Below, in pieces: positions 26,213-35,675 of a stretch of 64,000 bases of DNA (position 1 is the stretch's first letter; every line of letters starts with the position of its first letter). The translations under genes were made by a program, and so were the position numbers. This DNA comes from Christensenellaceae bacterium. Lineage in GTDB: Bacteria > Bacillota > Clostridia > Christensenellales > CAG-138. The stretch lies in NCBI GenBank assembly GCA_963674535.1, contig OY771363.1:348719-412718 (forward strand), given 5' to 3'. Under the pieces are notes generated by a model that searched no databases, was not told the origin of the DNA, and saw only the letters and a program-made list of their open reading frames with translations.

Positions 26213-26758
26213 TTACGCCTGCGTTAAATCCAAATCCATCAGGATTTCGTCGTAGTACGTTCCGCGGACGTTGATGCGCGCTTTATGGCGCCCGATCTCG
26301 ACGAACCCGAAGCGCTTGTAGAGCGAAATGGCGCGCTCGTTGCCTTCCCGCACTTCCAGCGAGAGCGTGCTAAGAACGCCGGTGCTCTTGGCAAAGTCGA
26401 TCATCTCCCGCATGGCGATGCTCCCGATACCGAGGCGCCAGTAATCGCGCTTAATCGAGATGGCAACGCCGCCGACATGCGCAATGCGCTTTCGTGCCGC
26501 CGCGCGCACGTCGCAAACGAGCACGATCTCGCCGTCAACGGTGCCGACGAACATCTTGGTGTTCGGCGCATTCAGAGTAGCGGTAATCCACTCCTTTTCA
26601 CCTTCCAGCGTCAGGCCGTCGATGCCGTTTTCGTCGCAGAGCAGAAAGTCCGTTTCGCTGCCGACGACCTTGAGGTAGTCGACCATCTCCTCGGCGTCGT
26701 CGAGCGTTGGGTCGCGGAGGATCAGCGTCCGTCCGTCTTTGAGGGTATATTCTGACAT
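26213..26758 (-). CDS. GNAT-family N-acetyltransferase
   Basis: Start MSEYTLKDGRTLILR. Acetyl-CoA motif region VGGVAISIKRDYWRLGIGSIAMREMIDFAK, then ALYKRFGF. Confidence 0.85.
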   Translation of the reverse strand: MSEYTLKDGRTLILRDPTLDDAEEMVDYLKVVGSETDFLLCDENGIDGLTLEGEKEWITATLNAPNTKMFVGTVDGEIVLVCDVRAAARKRIAHVGGVAISIKRDYWRLGIGSIAMREMIDFAKSTGVLSTLSLEVREGNERAISLYKRFGFVEIGRHKARINVRGTYYDEILMDLDLTQA

Positions 26759-26766
26759 AAGTACGT

Positions 26767-26839
26767 GTTCTTTCTTAAAAGAAAGAACCAAAGAACTCAC
26801 CTTTCTCTGTACTTTCTTTAAAAAGAAAGTACCAAAGAA
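26767..26839. repeat. AT-rich polypyrimidine/polypurine hairpin repeat, family 2 (two tandem units)
   Basis: GTTCTTTCTTaaaaGAAAGAAC-CAAAGAA and GTACTTTCTTTaaaaAGAAAGTAC-CAAAGAA, between the metG stop and the GNAT start. Confidence 0.5.
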
Positions 26840-26880
26840 ATTCATCCTCTATAGGATTCCCCAAGGAGCGGGAAATCCTG

Positions 26881-28875
26881 CTATCTTACCTTCAATCCGC
26901 TGTCCATGGGGGCAAGGGTGGTCAGAGCGGAAAGATTCTCGTCCGCTTCGTCCGAAGCACAGAGAATCATACCCCGGCTTTCCACGCCGCAGAGCGTCGC
27001 GGGTTTGAGGTTGGCAACGAGCACCACGGTTTTGCCGATCATATCGTCGGGCGTGTACCACTTTTTAATGCCGGAAACCACCGTCCGCTCCTCGCCGCCC
27101 ACGTCCAGCGTGAGCTTGAGCAGTTTCTTGCTCTTGGGCAGTTCCTCGCAGGCTACCACCTTGGCGAGCCGCAGATCGACCTTGGCAAAATCGTCGTACT
27201 CAATCTGCGCCGGGGGTTCGCTCGCTCCGTGTGCGCCTTTTTTGGCGGGTTCGGCGGGCTTTTCCGGCTGCGCGGAGGGTGCTGCTGCGGCCTTTGCCTG
27301 CGCTGTGCGCTCGGCCAGGTACGTGAGCTCCTTTTCCACGTCGATGCGCGGGAAGATCGCTTCTCCCTTACTGACCCTTGCGCCGGGGATGCTTCCGCCC
27401 CAGGCGACAGCGCCGAACTCCGCTTCTTTGCCGGAAACGCCGAGCTGATCGAACATCTTGTTCGGCGTTGCGGTCAAGTACGGAATCAGCAGTACGCCCA
27501 CGATACGCAGGCTCTCCGCGAGGTTGTACAGAACGGTCTTGAGTCGCTCTTTTCCTTCTTCCGTCTTGGCCAGTGTCCAGGGGGCGGTGACGTCGATGTA
27601 TTTGTTGCAGGCGCCGACGAGCTTCCAAATTTCGGCCAGCGCGTCGGGAATGTGTAAATCGGTCATCTGCGCGTCCACGCGGGCGGGCAAGTCCTTTGCC
27701 AGCGCAATCAGCGCCGCATCCTCGTCGGCAGTAACGCCCGGCGCGGGCAGTACGCCGCCGAAGTATTTGTCGATCATGGCGACCGTGCGGCTCAAGAGGT
27801 TACCGAGGTCGTTTGCAAGGTCCGTGTTGATGCGGGCAATCAGCGCTTCGTTCGTGAAGTTGCCGTCAGAGCCGAACGGCACTTCACGCAAGAGGAAATA
27901 GCGGATGGCGTCCACACCGTAGCGTTCGCAGAGCGCGACGGGATCGACCACGTTGCCCTTGCTTTTACTCATCTTGCCGCCGTCGAGTACGAGCCAGCCA
28001 TGGCCGAACACCTGCTTGGGCAGCGGCTCGCCGAGCGCCATGAGCATGATCGGCCAGATGATGGTATGGAAGCGCACGATCTCCTTGCCGACGATGTGCA
28101 CGTCCGCCGGCCAGAACTTTTTATAGAGAGAATCGTCGTCGCTGCCCCAGCCGAGGGCGGTGATGTAGTTGGAAAGCGCGTCCAGCCAGACGTAGACCAC
28201 GTGGTTTTCGTCGAAATCGACGGGGATTCCCCATTTAAAGCTTGTGCGGCTCACGCAGAGGTCCTCAAGACCCGGCAAAAGGAAGTTCTGCAGCATCTCG
28301 TTGGTGCGGCTCACGGGCTGGATGAACGTGGGGTTGTCCTTGATGTACTGAATCAGCCGGTCGGCGTATTTCGAGAGGCGGAAGAAGTAGCTTTCCTCCT
28401 CCACGAGTTCCACGGGGCCGCCGCAGTCCGGGCAGACGCCGCCCGCTTCCTCAATCTGGCGGTCGAGCCAAAAGCTCTCGCAAGGCGTGCAGTAATGGCC
28501 GGTGTACTTCGATTTATAGATATCGCCCTGATCGTAGAGCTTTTTGAACATCTTCTGCACGGCTTTGACGTGGTAATCGTCGGTCGTGCGGATGAACTTG
28601 TCGTAGGAGATGTCCAAGAGGCTCCAAAGACTCTTAAACCCGTCGACGATTTTGTCCACATACTGCTGCGGGGTTACGCCTTCCGCCTTGGCTTTACGCT
28701 CAATCTTCTGGCCGTGCTCGTCCGAACCGGTCAGAAAGAACACGTCGTAGCTGCGCTGGCGTTTGTAGCGGGCAATGGCGTCGGTCGCCACGGTGCAGTA
28801 GGCGTGCCCAATGTGCAGGTTCGCGCTCGGGTAATAGATCGGGGTTGTGATGTAAAACGTCTTTCTTTCATCCAT
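26881..28875 (-). CDS. metG: Methionine--tRNA ligase with a C-terminal tRNA-binding (EMAP/Trbp111-like) domain
   Basis: FYITTPIYYPSANLHIGHAY (HIGH), KMSKSKGN (KMSKS), a Zn knuckle CTPCESFW...CPDCGG, and C-terminal VDLRLAKVVACEELPKSKKLLKLTLDVG. Start MDERK after GGAGGA. Confidence 0.95.
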   Translation of the reverse strand: MDERKTFYITTPIYYPSANLHIGHAYCTVATDAIARYKRQRSYDVFFLTGSDEHGQKIERKAKAEGVTPQQYVDKIVDGFKSLWSLLDISYDKFIRTTDDYHVKAVQKMFKKLYDQGDIYKSKYTGHYCTPCESFWLDRQIEEAGGVCPDCGGPVELVEEESYFFRLSKYADRLIQYIKDNPTFIQPVSRTNEMLQNFLLPGLEDLCVSRTSFKWGIPVDFDENHVVYVWLDALSNYITALGWGSDDDSLYKKFWPADVHIVGKEIVRFHTIIWPIMLMALGEPLPKQVFGHGWLVLDGGKMSKSKGNVVDPVALCERYGVDAIRYFLLREVPFGSDGNFTNEALIARINTDLANDLGNLLSRTVAMIDKYFGGVLPAPGVTADEDAALIALAKDLPARVDAQMTDLHIPDALAEIWKLVGACNKYIDVTAPWTLAKTEEGKERLKTVLYNLAESLRIVGVLLIPYLTATPNKMFDQLGVSGKEAEFGAVAWGGSIPGARVSKGEAIFPRIDVEKELTYLAERTAQAKAAAAPSAQPEKPAEPAKKGAHGASEPPAQIEYDDFAKVDLRLAKVVACEELPKSKKLLKLTLDVGGEERTVVSGIKKWYTPDDMIGKTVVLVANLKPATLCGVESRGMILCASDEADENLSALTTLAPMDSGLKVR

Positions 28876-28899
28876 AACAGCATCCTCCAACAAAATCAA

Positions 28900-29205
28900 A
28901 CTAAACTAAAAACGCGTGCCGCCCTCGTGTAAGGACGGCACGCGCAAAGAAAGCGTACCGGATAACCACCTTACTTCCCTGAAACGGGGCATAAGTTCCC
29001 GCTGTATCGGTCGGGTTCCGCTGCGGTTCAGGCAAATGAAGCGTTCACCGTCAGGAGCTCGGGAGCCATGTTCAGCCAAACTGCGCCGCCGGGCTTTCAC
29101 CTCTTCCCGGCTCTCTATGCAGGCGCGCGCGCGGCTTACTCTTTCCGTCGTCGCTCGTATGAGCTATACCGGTCGTGCGGGCGGTTAGCCCTTGTTGCCG
29201 ATATA
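28900..29205 (-). promoter_or_regulatory. T-box riboswitch leader (Met specifier) of metG
   Basis: Minus strand: GCGACGACGGAAAGAGUAAGCC (GA / S-turn side), AGAGAG bulge, distal loop AAGAGGUGAAAG, specifier loop GAACAUGG (AUG = complement of 29067..29069) and T-box AAGGUGGUUAUCCGGUAC (28955..28970). The terminator GCGTGCCGTCC-loop-GGGCGGCACGC plus TTTTT lies at 28908..28945. Confidence 0.85.
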
Positions 29206-29236
29206 GTTTTATGAGCATATCACGCGCTTTGGCTTG

Positions 29237-29265
29237 TTGTCAAGCGCGCGGAATCGTGCTAAGAT
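29237..29265 (+). promoter_or_regulatory. Sigma-70-like promoter for pth; its -35 overlaps the divergent metG-leader -35
   Basis: TTGTCA, 17 nt, TAAGAT. On the opposite strand TTGACA (29238..29243) serves the T-box leader. Confidence 0.5.
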
Positions 29266-29298
29266 AGGTTGGATTTGTTCGAGAGGAACGTTTTTTTC

Positions 29299-29889
29299 AT
29301 GCACGTCGTCGTCGGGTTGGGCAACCCCGGTCTGCTTTACAAGCGCTCGCGCCATAACGCGGGCTTTCAGGCGCTGGACGTGCTGGCGGATGATCTGCAC
29401 TTTAACGTAAGTAAGAAGGGCTTTTCCGGCGTGTACGGCGAGGGGCTCTACCGCGGCGAGCGGCTGGTGCTAGTCAAGCCCACGACATATATGAACCTTT
29501 CCGGAAACTGCGTACAGAGCGTGCTGCACTTTTTTAAGTGCCCCGTGGAAAACCTGATCGTGCTCTACGACGATATCGACCTGCCGGTCGGTGCGCTGCG
29601 CATCCGCGACAAAGGCAGCGCGGGCACGCACAACGGCATGCGCTCCATCGTAGCAAGCGTGAACAGCGAAAACTTTCCGCGCGTGCGCATCGGGGTCGGC
29701 AACGACAGCGAAGGCGATTTGAAAAACTATGTGCTCGGAAAGCCGAGTAAGGCCGAGCAGAGCGAGCTCGCCACGGCGTTTCACGACGCCGCCGACGCGG
29801 TACGTCTGATTCTGGAAGGCAAACTTTCGGAAGCGCAGGCGCAGTATAATAAAAAGCATATCGGCAACTCGCCCGCCGCGCGGGACTGA
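29299..29889 (+). CDS. pth: Peptidyl-tRNA hydrolase
   Basis: MHVVVGLGNPGLLYKRSRHNAGF...LVKPTTYMNLSG...YDDIDLPVGALRIR.KGSAGTHNGMRS. Confidence 0.9.
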   Translation: MHVVVGLGNPGLLYKRSRHNAGFQALDVLADDLHFNVSKKGFSGVYGEGLYRGERLVLVKPTTYMNLSGNCVQSVLHFFKCPVENLIVLYDDIDLPVGALRIRDKGSAGTHNGMRSIVASVNSENFPRVRIGVGNDSEGDLKNYVLGKPSKAEQSELATAFHDAADAVRLILEGKLSEAQAQYNKKHIGNSPAARD

Positions 29890-29954
29890 ACAGGCGAAAC
29901 CGCACTCTGGTAACTTGCCCGCCGTACGGGACTGAACTGAGAAAAACCGCGCCT
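29863..29954 (+). repeat. Imperfect 46-nt tandem duplication spanning the pth stop codon
   Basis: GGCAACTCGCCCGCCGCGCGGGACTGAACAGGCGAAACCGCACTCT / GGTAACTTGCCCGCCGTACGGGACTGAACTGAGAAAAACCGCGCCT. Confidence 0.5.
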
Positions 29955-30074
29955 GACGGCTTGTCCGCCGGGCGCAGGAAATAGAGATTGAGAGAGGCAC
30001 ACACCGGGGCGGAAGCGCGCTCCGGCGCGTGTCCGCGCGCATATTGCGCGGACGCGCAGAAAAAAGGGGGACGT

Positions 30075-33000
30075 TTGACACAGCAACCGCATACAAACCC
30101 AATACTGGACATTCTGGATTCCGCAGCGGACTACCGGCGCATGGCAAGCGCGCTGGAGGGGGGCAAAGGCCCGGTTGCGGCCTTTGGCGTTGCCGCAAAC
30201 GCAAAGGCGCACCTCGTTTCCGCGCTTTCCCGCACGCGGCAGATCCTTTTTGTGACCGCGACCGATACCGCCGCGACCCAGCTCTGCGAAAGCGTCCGCC
30301 TGTTCGGCCAGCGCGCCGAGCTGTTTTTGCCGCGCGAAACGCCCTTGGTGTATGTCCACGCAGCGTCCGGCGAACAGCGCGGGGCGCGCATTGCCGCGCT
30401 TTGTGCGCTCATCGACGGGGAGAACTGCGTCGTAGCGGCCAGCGCGGCGGCGCTGTTGCAGGTGCTGCCGCCAAAGGAAGCGTTTCGCCAGAGCATCTTC
30501 CGCTTAGCGGTAGGGGATACTCTTGAACCACGCGCGCTGACCGAGCGGCTCGTGACCGCGGGCTATGAGCGCGTGGAACTCGTGGAAGGCGCGGGACAGA
30601 TCGCTTCCCGCGGGGACATTGTGGATATCTACGCGCCGGGGGAGGAATACCCCGTCCGCATCGAGTTCTTCGGCGACGAAATCGACCAGATGCGCTCGTT
30701 TGACCCGGTCTCCCAGCGCAGCATTGAGCAGCAGAAGAGCGTGCTGATTCGCCCCGCGCTCGAAACGCCCCAGCCGAAGGAACGCACGCAGAAAGCGCTC
30801 AAAAAGATTGCCGGGCGAACCGGGCTGACGGATCAGGAGCAGGCCTGGGAGGACGGAATTTCCAGCGTCGGCGGAGACGTGCTCCTGCCGCTCTTATACG
30901 AAAAAACCGAAACGGTGCTGGACTATCTGGCAAACGACGCGCTGATCATTCTGGACGAAGCGCTGCTCATTGACGAAGCGCTCCGCACCGAACAGCTCCG
31001 CTTTGGCGAAACCGTGCAGGCCATGCTGGAGCGCGGGGAAGGCACCCCCGAACAGGGCGCGCTGGAGCGCGGCGCAAACGAAACGCTCGACTGCCTGAAC
31101 ACCGGCAGGACGGCGCTTCTCTACGCGCTTTCGCGCACGCACCCGCAGTTTTCGCCAAGGGAGATCGTCACTCTTGAATCGCGCGGAGCGCCCCAGTATA
31201 TGGGTGTGTTCGACGAGCTGGCGCGTGAAATCACCCGCCTGAACAAAGCGGGCGAGCGCACGGTGATTTACGCCGGCGAGCAGTCCAATGAAGTTCGCGC
31301 CAATCTGGAAGAGTACGGCGCGGATACGCGTATGCTCGAGAGCCTGCCTGTTGAGCTTCCCTCCGGCAAAACTCTGATCGTACCCGGTCAGCTCAGCAGA
31401 GGCTTTTCCTACCCCTCGCTCAGACTCAACGTGCTGTCGGAGTACGAAGTCAGCGGCAGAACCGAGCGCGCCCTCAAGCGCACCCGGAGTAAGAAGCATC
31501 TTTCGTTCTCCGAACTCAGCGTGGGCGACTATATCGTGCACGAAGCGCACGGCGTCGGCCGCTTCATCAAGGTGGAAGCGCTGACCGTGCAGGGCAACAC
31601 GCGCGATTACCTGTTGATCGAATACCGCGGGGGCGACCGGCTGTACATTCCGACCGATCAGCTCGACCGCGTGCAGAAATACGTCGGCGGCGGGGACGAA
31701 GACGTCGCTCCCCAGCTGAGCAAGCTCGGCGGTGCGGAGTGGACAAACCGCGTCAACCGCGCCAAGAACGCCGCCAAAAAGCTCGCGGTCGATCTCGCGG
31801 CTCTCTACGCCGAGCGCGCCAGCGCCAAAGGGTTTGCGTTTTCAAAGGATACCGCATGGCAGCGGACGTTTGAGGAGCGATTCCCATACGAACTCACGCC
31901 CGATCAGAAGCAGAGCATTGAAGAGATCAAGGCGGACATGGAAAGCCCGCGCCCGATGGACCGCCTGCTCTGCGGGGACGTTGGCTACGGCAAAACGGAA
32001 GTGGCGCTGCGGGCGTGCTTTAAGTGCGTGCAGGACGGAAAGCAGGCGGCCATCCTTGTGCCGACCACGATTCTCGCCCAGCAGCACTATAACACCATGT
32101 GTTCGCGCTTTGCGGAGTTTCCCATCAAAGCCGCGTGCCTCTCGCGCTTTCAAACAATGAAGGAGCGCGAGGCGATCAAGCGCGCGCTCGCGGAAGGGAA
32201 GATCGACGTCATCGTAGGCACCCACGCGCTGTTAGCAAAGGACGTGAAATACCGCTCGTTGGGCTTATTGATCATCGACGAGGAGCACCGCTTCGGCGTC
32301 AACCACAAAGAGCAGATCAAGGCGCTCAAGCGAACCGTAGACGTGCTCACCCTGACCGCCACGCCGATTCCACGGACGCTGAACATGTCCATGACGGGGA
32401 TACGCGATATCAGCGTCATCGAAACGCCGCCGGAAGCGCGTTATCCCGTGCAGACCTACGTTCTGGAATACACCGACGCGCTCCTCAAGGACGCCATCAG
32501 CCGCGAGCTTGCGCGCAAAGGCCAGGCGTACGTGGTCTACAACCGCGTGCAGCACATGGAGACCATGGCGAGGAGAATTGAACAGCTCCTGCCGGAGGTG
32601 CGCATTACCGTGGCGCACGGGCAGATGGGCGAAACGCAGCTGGAGAACGCCATGCTGGAGTTTTTGGAACACCGTTCGGACGTTCTGCTCTGCTCGACAA
32701 TTATCGAAAGCGGGCTGGATATTTCAAACGTCAACACGCTTATCGTCATTGAGGCGGACAAGATGGGGCTTGCCCAGCTCTACCAGCTCAGAGGGCGGGT
32801 GGGGCGTTCCAGCCGAATCGGGTACGCGTACTTCACCGTACAGACCGGGCGGGTAATGAACGAAAAGGCCGCCAAGCGCCTCATGGCAATTCGCGAGTTC
32901 ACGCAGTTCGGCGCGGGCTTCCAGCTTGCCATGCGGGATTTGGAAATTCGCGGTGCGGGTTCGCTGCTGGGTGCCGAGCAGCACGGCAACATCTCGGACG

Positions 33001-33539
33001 TAGGGTACGAATACTACGTCAAGCTCGTGCGCCGCGCGGTGGACGAGCAGCAGGGGCGCGCGCTCGAGCCTGTGACCGAAACCAGCGTGGATATCCCAAT
33101 CGACGCGCATATTCCGCATGACTATGTGCCAAGCGAGCTCATGCGCCTGAAGGCTTACCGCAGGATTGCGGATATCGACGGCGCGGAGACGATGATGGAC
33201 GTGACCGAAGAGTTCATCGACCGCTACGGCGAGCCGCCGGAGAGCGTGACCAACCTCATGCGTATTTCTCTGGTCAAAGCGTATGCCCAGCGGGGGTATC
33301 TGGAGAGCGTTATCGTCCGCGACGGCGAGGCGAAGCTCAAGTTTGCCGAGTACGCGCCCATCGACGGCGGAAAGCTGATTGCAGCCGTTTCCAATATGGA
33401 GGGAGCGCGTCTGCTGGCCAATACGCCGCTATCGATTGAAATACGGCAGAAAAACGCCGACGCCGCGTCGATCACCGGCAAACTGCCACAATTCCTTTAC
33501 ACAATTGTTCATTGCGTTGACGCCGACGCGGGCATATAA
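30075..33539 (+). CDS. mfd: Transcription-repair coupling factor
   Basis: CarD-like region GDYIVHEAHGVGRF. Helicase motifs LLCGDVGYGKTEVA, LIIDEEHRFG, LTLTATPIPRTL and QLRGRVGRS, plus the TRG region. I prefer the TTG start at 30075 after AAGGGGGA; the ATG at 29988 adds an Arg/Ala-rich non-homologous extension. Confidence 0.9.
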   Translation: MTQQPHTNPILDILDSAADYRRMASALEGGKGPVAAFGVAANAKAHLVSALSRTRQILFVTATDTAATQLCESVRLFGQRAELFLPRETPLVYVHAASGEQRGARIAALCALIDGENCVVAASAAALLQVLPPKEAFRQSIFRLAVGDTLEPRALTERLVTAGYERVELVEGAGQIASRGDIVDIYAPGEEYPVRIEFFGDEIDQMRSFDPVSQRSIEQQKSVLIRPALETPQPKERTQKALKKIAGRTGLTDQEQAWEDGISSVGGDVLLPLLYEKTETVLDYLANDALIILDEALLIDEALRTEQLRFGETVQAMLERGEGTPEQGALERGANETLDCLNTGRTALLYALSRTHPQFSPREIVTLESRGAPQYMGVFDELAREITRLNKAGERTVIYAGEQSNEVRANLEEYGADTRMLESLPVELPSGKTLIVPGQLSRGFSYPSLRLNVLSEYEVSGRTERALKRTRSKKHLSFSELSVGDYIVHEAHGVGRFIKVEALTVQGNTRDYLLIEYRGGDRLYIPTDQLDRVQKYVGGGDEDVAPQLSKLGGAEWTNRVNRAKNAAKKLAVDLAALYAERASAKGFAFSKDTAWQRTFEERFPYELTPDQKQSIEEIKADMESPRPMDRLLCGDVGYGKTEVALRACFKCVQDGKQAAILVPTTILAQQHYNTMCSRFAEFPIKAACLSRFQTMKEREAIKRALAEGKIDVIVGTHALLAKDVKYRSLGLLIIDEEHRFGVNHKEQIKALKRTVDVLTLTATPIPRTLNMSMTGIRDISVIETPPEARYPVQTYVLEYTDALLKDAISRELARKGQAYVVYNRVQHMETMARRIEQLLPEVRITVAHGQMGETQLENAMLEFLEHRSDVLLCSTIIESGLDISNVNTLIVIEADKMGLAQLYQLRGRVGRSSRIGYAYFTVQTGRVMNEKAAKRLMAIREFTQFGAGFQLAMRDLEIRGAGSLLGAEQHGNISDVGYEYYVKLVRRAVDEQQGRALEPVTETSVDIPIDAHIPHDYVPSELMRLKAYRRIADIDGAETMMDVTEEFIDRYGEPPESVTNLMRISLVKAYAQRGYLESVIVRDGEAKLKFAEYAPIDGGKLIAAVSNMEGARLLANTPLSIEIRQKNADAASITGKLPQFLYTIVHCVDADAGI

Positions 33540-33604
33540 TGACAAGTGACTTTTACTGGTTTTTACGCGCCGGGCGCGGAAAATAAAAAAGGGAGAAATC
33601 AAAC

Positions 33605-35062
33605 ATGAAGAATTTCAAATGGAAGCAGATGCTGGCTGCCCTGCTGGCAGTTGCGCTGATGCTGTCCGTCATGGGCTGCTCGCTCAAGGACGACGCGACC
33701 GATACGGCTTCGAGCTCCAACGCGAGCAGCAGCGACGCCGTCGACAACAATGCGGTCGCCGTCAAGATTGGTGATAAATACACCATCACCAAGGGCGAGA
33801 TCGCCGATCAGTACGACTATATGGTTCAGATGTACTCCTATTATGGCATGAGCGCGCCAACCGAGGATGCCGATATCGAATCCATGCAGGACAGCGTGAT
33901 TGCAACGCTGGTCTCCGCCAAGATTCAGCTTTACGAAGCGGATAAAATGGGCATTACGCTGACCGACGAAGAGAAGGCCAAGGTCGAGTCTCAGGTTGAG
34001 GAAGAGATGAAGTACTATATGGATAACTTCAAATCTCAGGCCGAAAGCGAAAACGCGTCCGATGTTGACGCGCGCACGCTTGAAATCTTCCAAGAGCAGC
34101 TTGATGCCGCGGGCATGGAGATGGATGTCGACGGTTTCCGCACGTATCTTTCGGAGCAGTACACCGATGACGCGATGAAGACCGCCCTCAAAGCAAAGAT
34201 CACCGAAGGCGTTACCGCGACCGAGGACGAAATCCAGGCCTATTACGACGAAAACCTCGCTTCCCAGAAGGAAGCGTATGAAACGACCCCGACCGATTAT
34301 CTCTCCGCGGCGGAATCCGCTCAGAGAGGCGACGGTAATCCGGTGCTCTATGCGCCCGCGGGTTATGTCCGCGTCCGTTCGATCTCCATTACGCCGGAAA
34401 GTGAACTCTCGGATGACTACACCACGCTGAAGACCGATATGGATTCCCTTGCCACCCAGTACGGCAAGGCCGCGCTGGAAGCACTCGCCGCAAAGTATGC
34501 CGCGCAGGGAACCAATCCCACCACCGCGTCTTTCGATGTTGCCGCCTCCGATATCGAAGGCTATACCGACCTACTGACGCAGTATCTGGCCAAAAAAGCG
34601 CAGGCTGACGCAATGTATGAAGAATACATCAAGGACGCGCGCGCCAAGGCCGATGAAGCCTATGCGGCTCTGCAGTCCGGCACCTCTTTTGCCGACGCGA
34701 TGACCAAATACGGCGAAGACACGATGTACACTTCTACGCCCTCCTTTGTGGACACCGGCATTCTGATGTATATGGCCGGCGAAGACACCACCTGGGATGC
34801 GAAGCTGACGGCAGCCGTCGGCCTGCTCAAGGCTGGCGAATACTCGCCGATCATCCAGATTGACGACATGTTCTACATCCTCCAGCTGGTTGGTGACGAA
34901 CCCTCCGGCGAGAAGACTCTGGCGGATGTGCACGACGCGATTATGGCTTCGCTCATTGCTTCCAAGGGAGACACCCTCTGGAACGAGACTCTCGCCGGCT
35001 GGGAAAACGATACGTCCATCGCGACCTATTTTGAGGACGTGTACCGCAGCATCGGTAAGTAA
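33605..35062 (+). CDS. PrsA/SurA-like foldase lipoprotein (PpiC-type PPIase-like C-terminal region)
   Basis: Lipobox LMLSVMGC. SurA-N-like helical region. C-terminal FADAMTKYGED...AGEYSPIIQIDDMFYILQLV resembles a parvulin fold. Its position after mfd is as in many Firmicutes. Confidence 0.7.
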   Translation: MKNFKWKQMLAALLAVALMLSVMGCSLKDDATDTASSSNASSSDAVDNNAVAVKIGDKYTITKGEIADQYDYMVQMYSYYGMSAPTEDADIESMQDSVIATLVSAKIQLYEADKMGITLTDEEKAKVESQVEEEMKYYMDNFKSQAESENASDVDARTLEIFQEQLDAAGMEMDVDGFRTYLSEQYTDDAMKTALKAKITEGVTATEDEIQAYYDENLASQKEAYETTPTDYLSAAESAQRGDGNPVLYAPAGYVRVRSISITPESELSDDYTTLKTDMDSLATQYGKAALEALAAKYAAQGTNPTTASFDVAASDIEGYTDLLTQYLAKKAQADAMYEEYIKDARAKADEAYAALQSGTSFADAMTKYGEDTMYTSTPSFVDTGILMYMAGEDTTWDAKLTAAVGLLKAGEYSPIIQIDDMFYILQLVGDEPSGEKTLADVHDAIMASLIASKGDTLWNETLAGWENDTSIATYFEDVYRSIGK

Positions 35063-35091
35063 GCGAACCTGACCAACAACAGCATCAAAAC

Positions 35092-35116
35092 GGGCGGCTT
35101 TCAGCCGCCCTTTTTC
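35092..35116 (+). terminator. Intrinsic terminator
   Basis: GGGCGGC-tttca-GCCGCCC followed by TTTTT. Confidence 0.8.
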
Positions 35117-35171
35117 TTCTGCCGTGACTTTCCGCCGCAGGCTCCGGCTTATGTGGAAAGGACAAAACCGC

Positions 35172-35200
35172 TTGTATTTACAGGAAGGATTTGCTATATT
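35172..35200 (+). promoter_or_regulatory. Sigma-70-like promoter for rubredoxin
   Basis: TTGTAT, 17 nt, TATATT. Confidence 0.5.
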
Positions 35201-35309
35201 GAGTAAAAGACGACGCGAACATGCGCCAAAGCGCGGGATTCGCGCCGCTTTGTAAAACAAAGATGGAACAATGAGCACGTAAGGACGAGATTATTAGGAG
35301 GATGACCAC

Positions 35310-35462
35310 ATGAAGTATGAATGCGTTTGCGGCTACGTTTACGATCCGGAAGTCGGCGATCCCGACAACGGCATCGCGCCGGGCACCGCTTTCGAAGACC
35401 TGCCGGACGATTGGGTTTGCCCCGTCTGCGGGTTGGATAAGGACGCGTTCACAGCGATCTGA
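35310..35462 (+). CDS. rd: Rubredoxin (50 aa; below the ORF-track length cutoff)
   Basis: My translation: [50 protein letters not shown]. It carries the two CxxCG knuckles and the conserved YDPxxGDP...F..LP.DW.CP.CG. RBS AGGAGGA. Confidence 0.9.
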   Translation: MKYECVCGYVYDPEVGDPDNGIAPGTAFEDLPDDWVCPVCGLDKDAFTAI

Positions 35463-35486
35463 ACAACAAACCAAAGCGTAACAGAA

Positions 35487-35517
35487 CGCTCCGGGATCAC
35501 CGGAGCGCTTCTTTTTT
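35487..35517 (+). terminator. Intrinsic terminator after rubredoxin
   Basis: CGCTCCGG-gatca-CCGGAGCG followed by CTTCTTTTTT. Confidence 0.8.
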
Positions 35518-35530
35518 ACCCTTCAAAGGG

Positions 35531-35600
35531 CTTCCGCCAAAGGGACTGACCGTCCCTTTGGAATACCTGTGTTATTTGCGGGGTTTGGGGCGGAGCCCCC
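35531..35600 (-). repeat. GC-rich modular hairpin repeat, family 1, copy D (inverted; modules H1+H3)
   Basis: Minus strand reads GGGGCtccGCCCCAAACCCCGC...CCAAAGGGACggtcaGTCCCTTTGG. Confidence 0.55.
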
Positions 35601-35615
35601 AAGCGGATCCCTTCC

Positions 35616-35662
35616 CAAAACGGAAGACGCCGCTTGGTTACAGCCAAGCGACGCCGTTCCGT
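35616..35662 (-). terminator. Probable terminator of trxA (long imperfect hairpin plus U4)
   Basis: Minus strand: ACGGAA..CGCTTGG-loop-CCAAGCG..TTCCGT followed by TTTTGGG. Confidence 0.5.
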
Positions 35663-35675
35663 CTTGCTTTGTTCT

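Noticed and set aside
28906-29188. Small ORFs of 64 and 90 aa in the metG upstream region, and ORFs at 53337..53886 in the lyase upstream region.
   Set aside because: These regions are fully explained by T-box leader RNAs (AG bulge, distal loop, specifier, T-box, terminator). The ORFs have no RBS and an Arg/Pro-rich composition.
35116-35309. An 18-codon, highly basic mini-ORF (TTG SKRRREHAPKRGIRAAL) and GCGCGAA...TTCGCGC palindromes upstream of rubredoxin.
   Set aside because: The putative start overlaps the predicted -10 hexamer, so it would not be in the transcript. The palindromes do not match a box I recognise (Rex, PerR).
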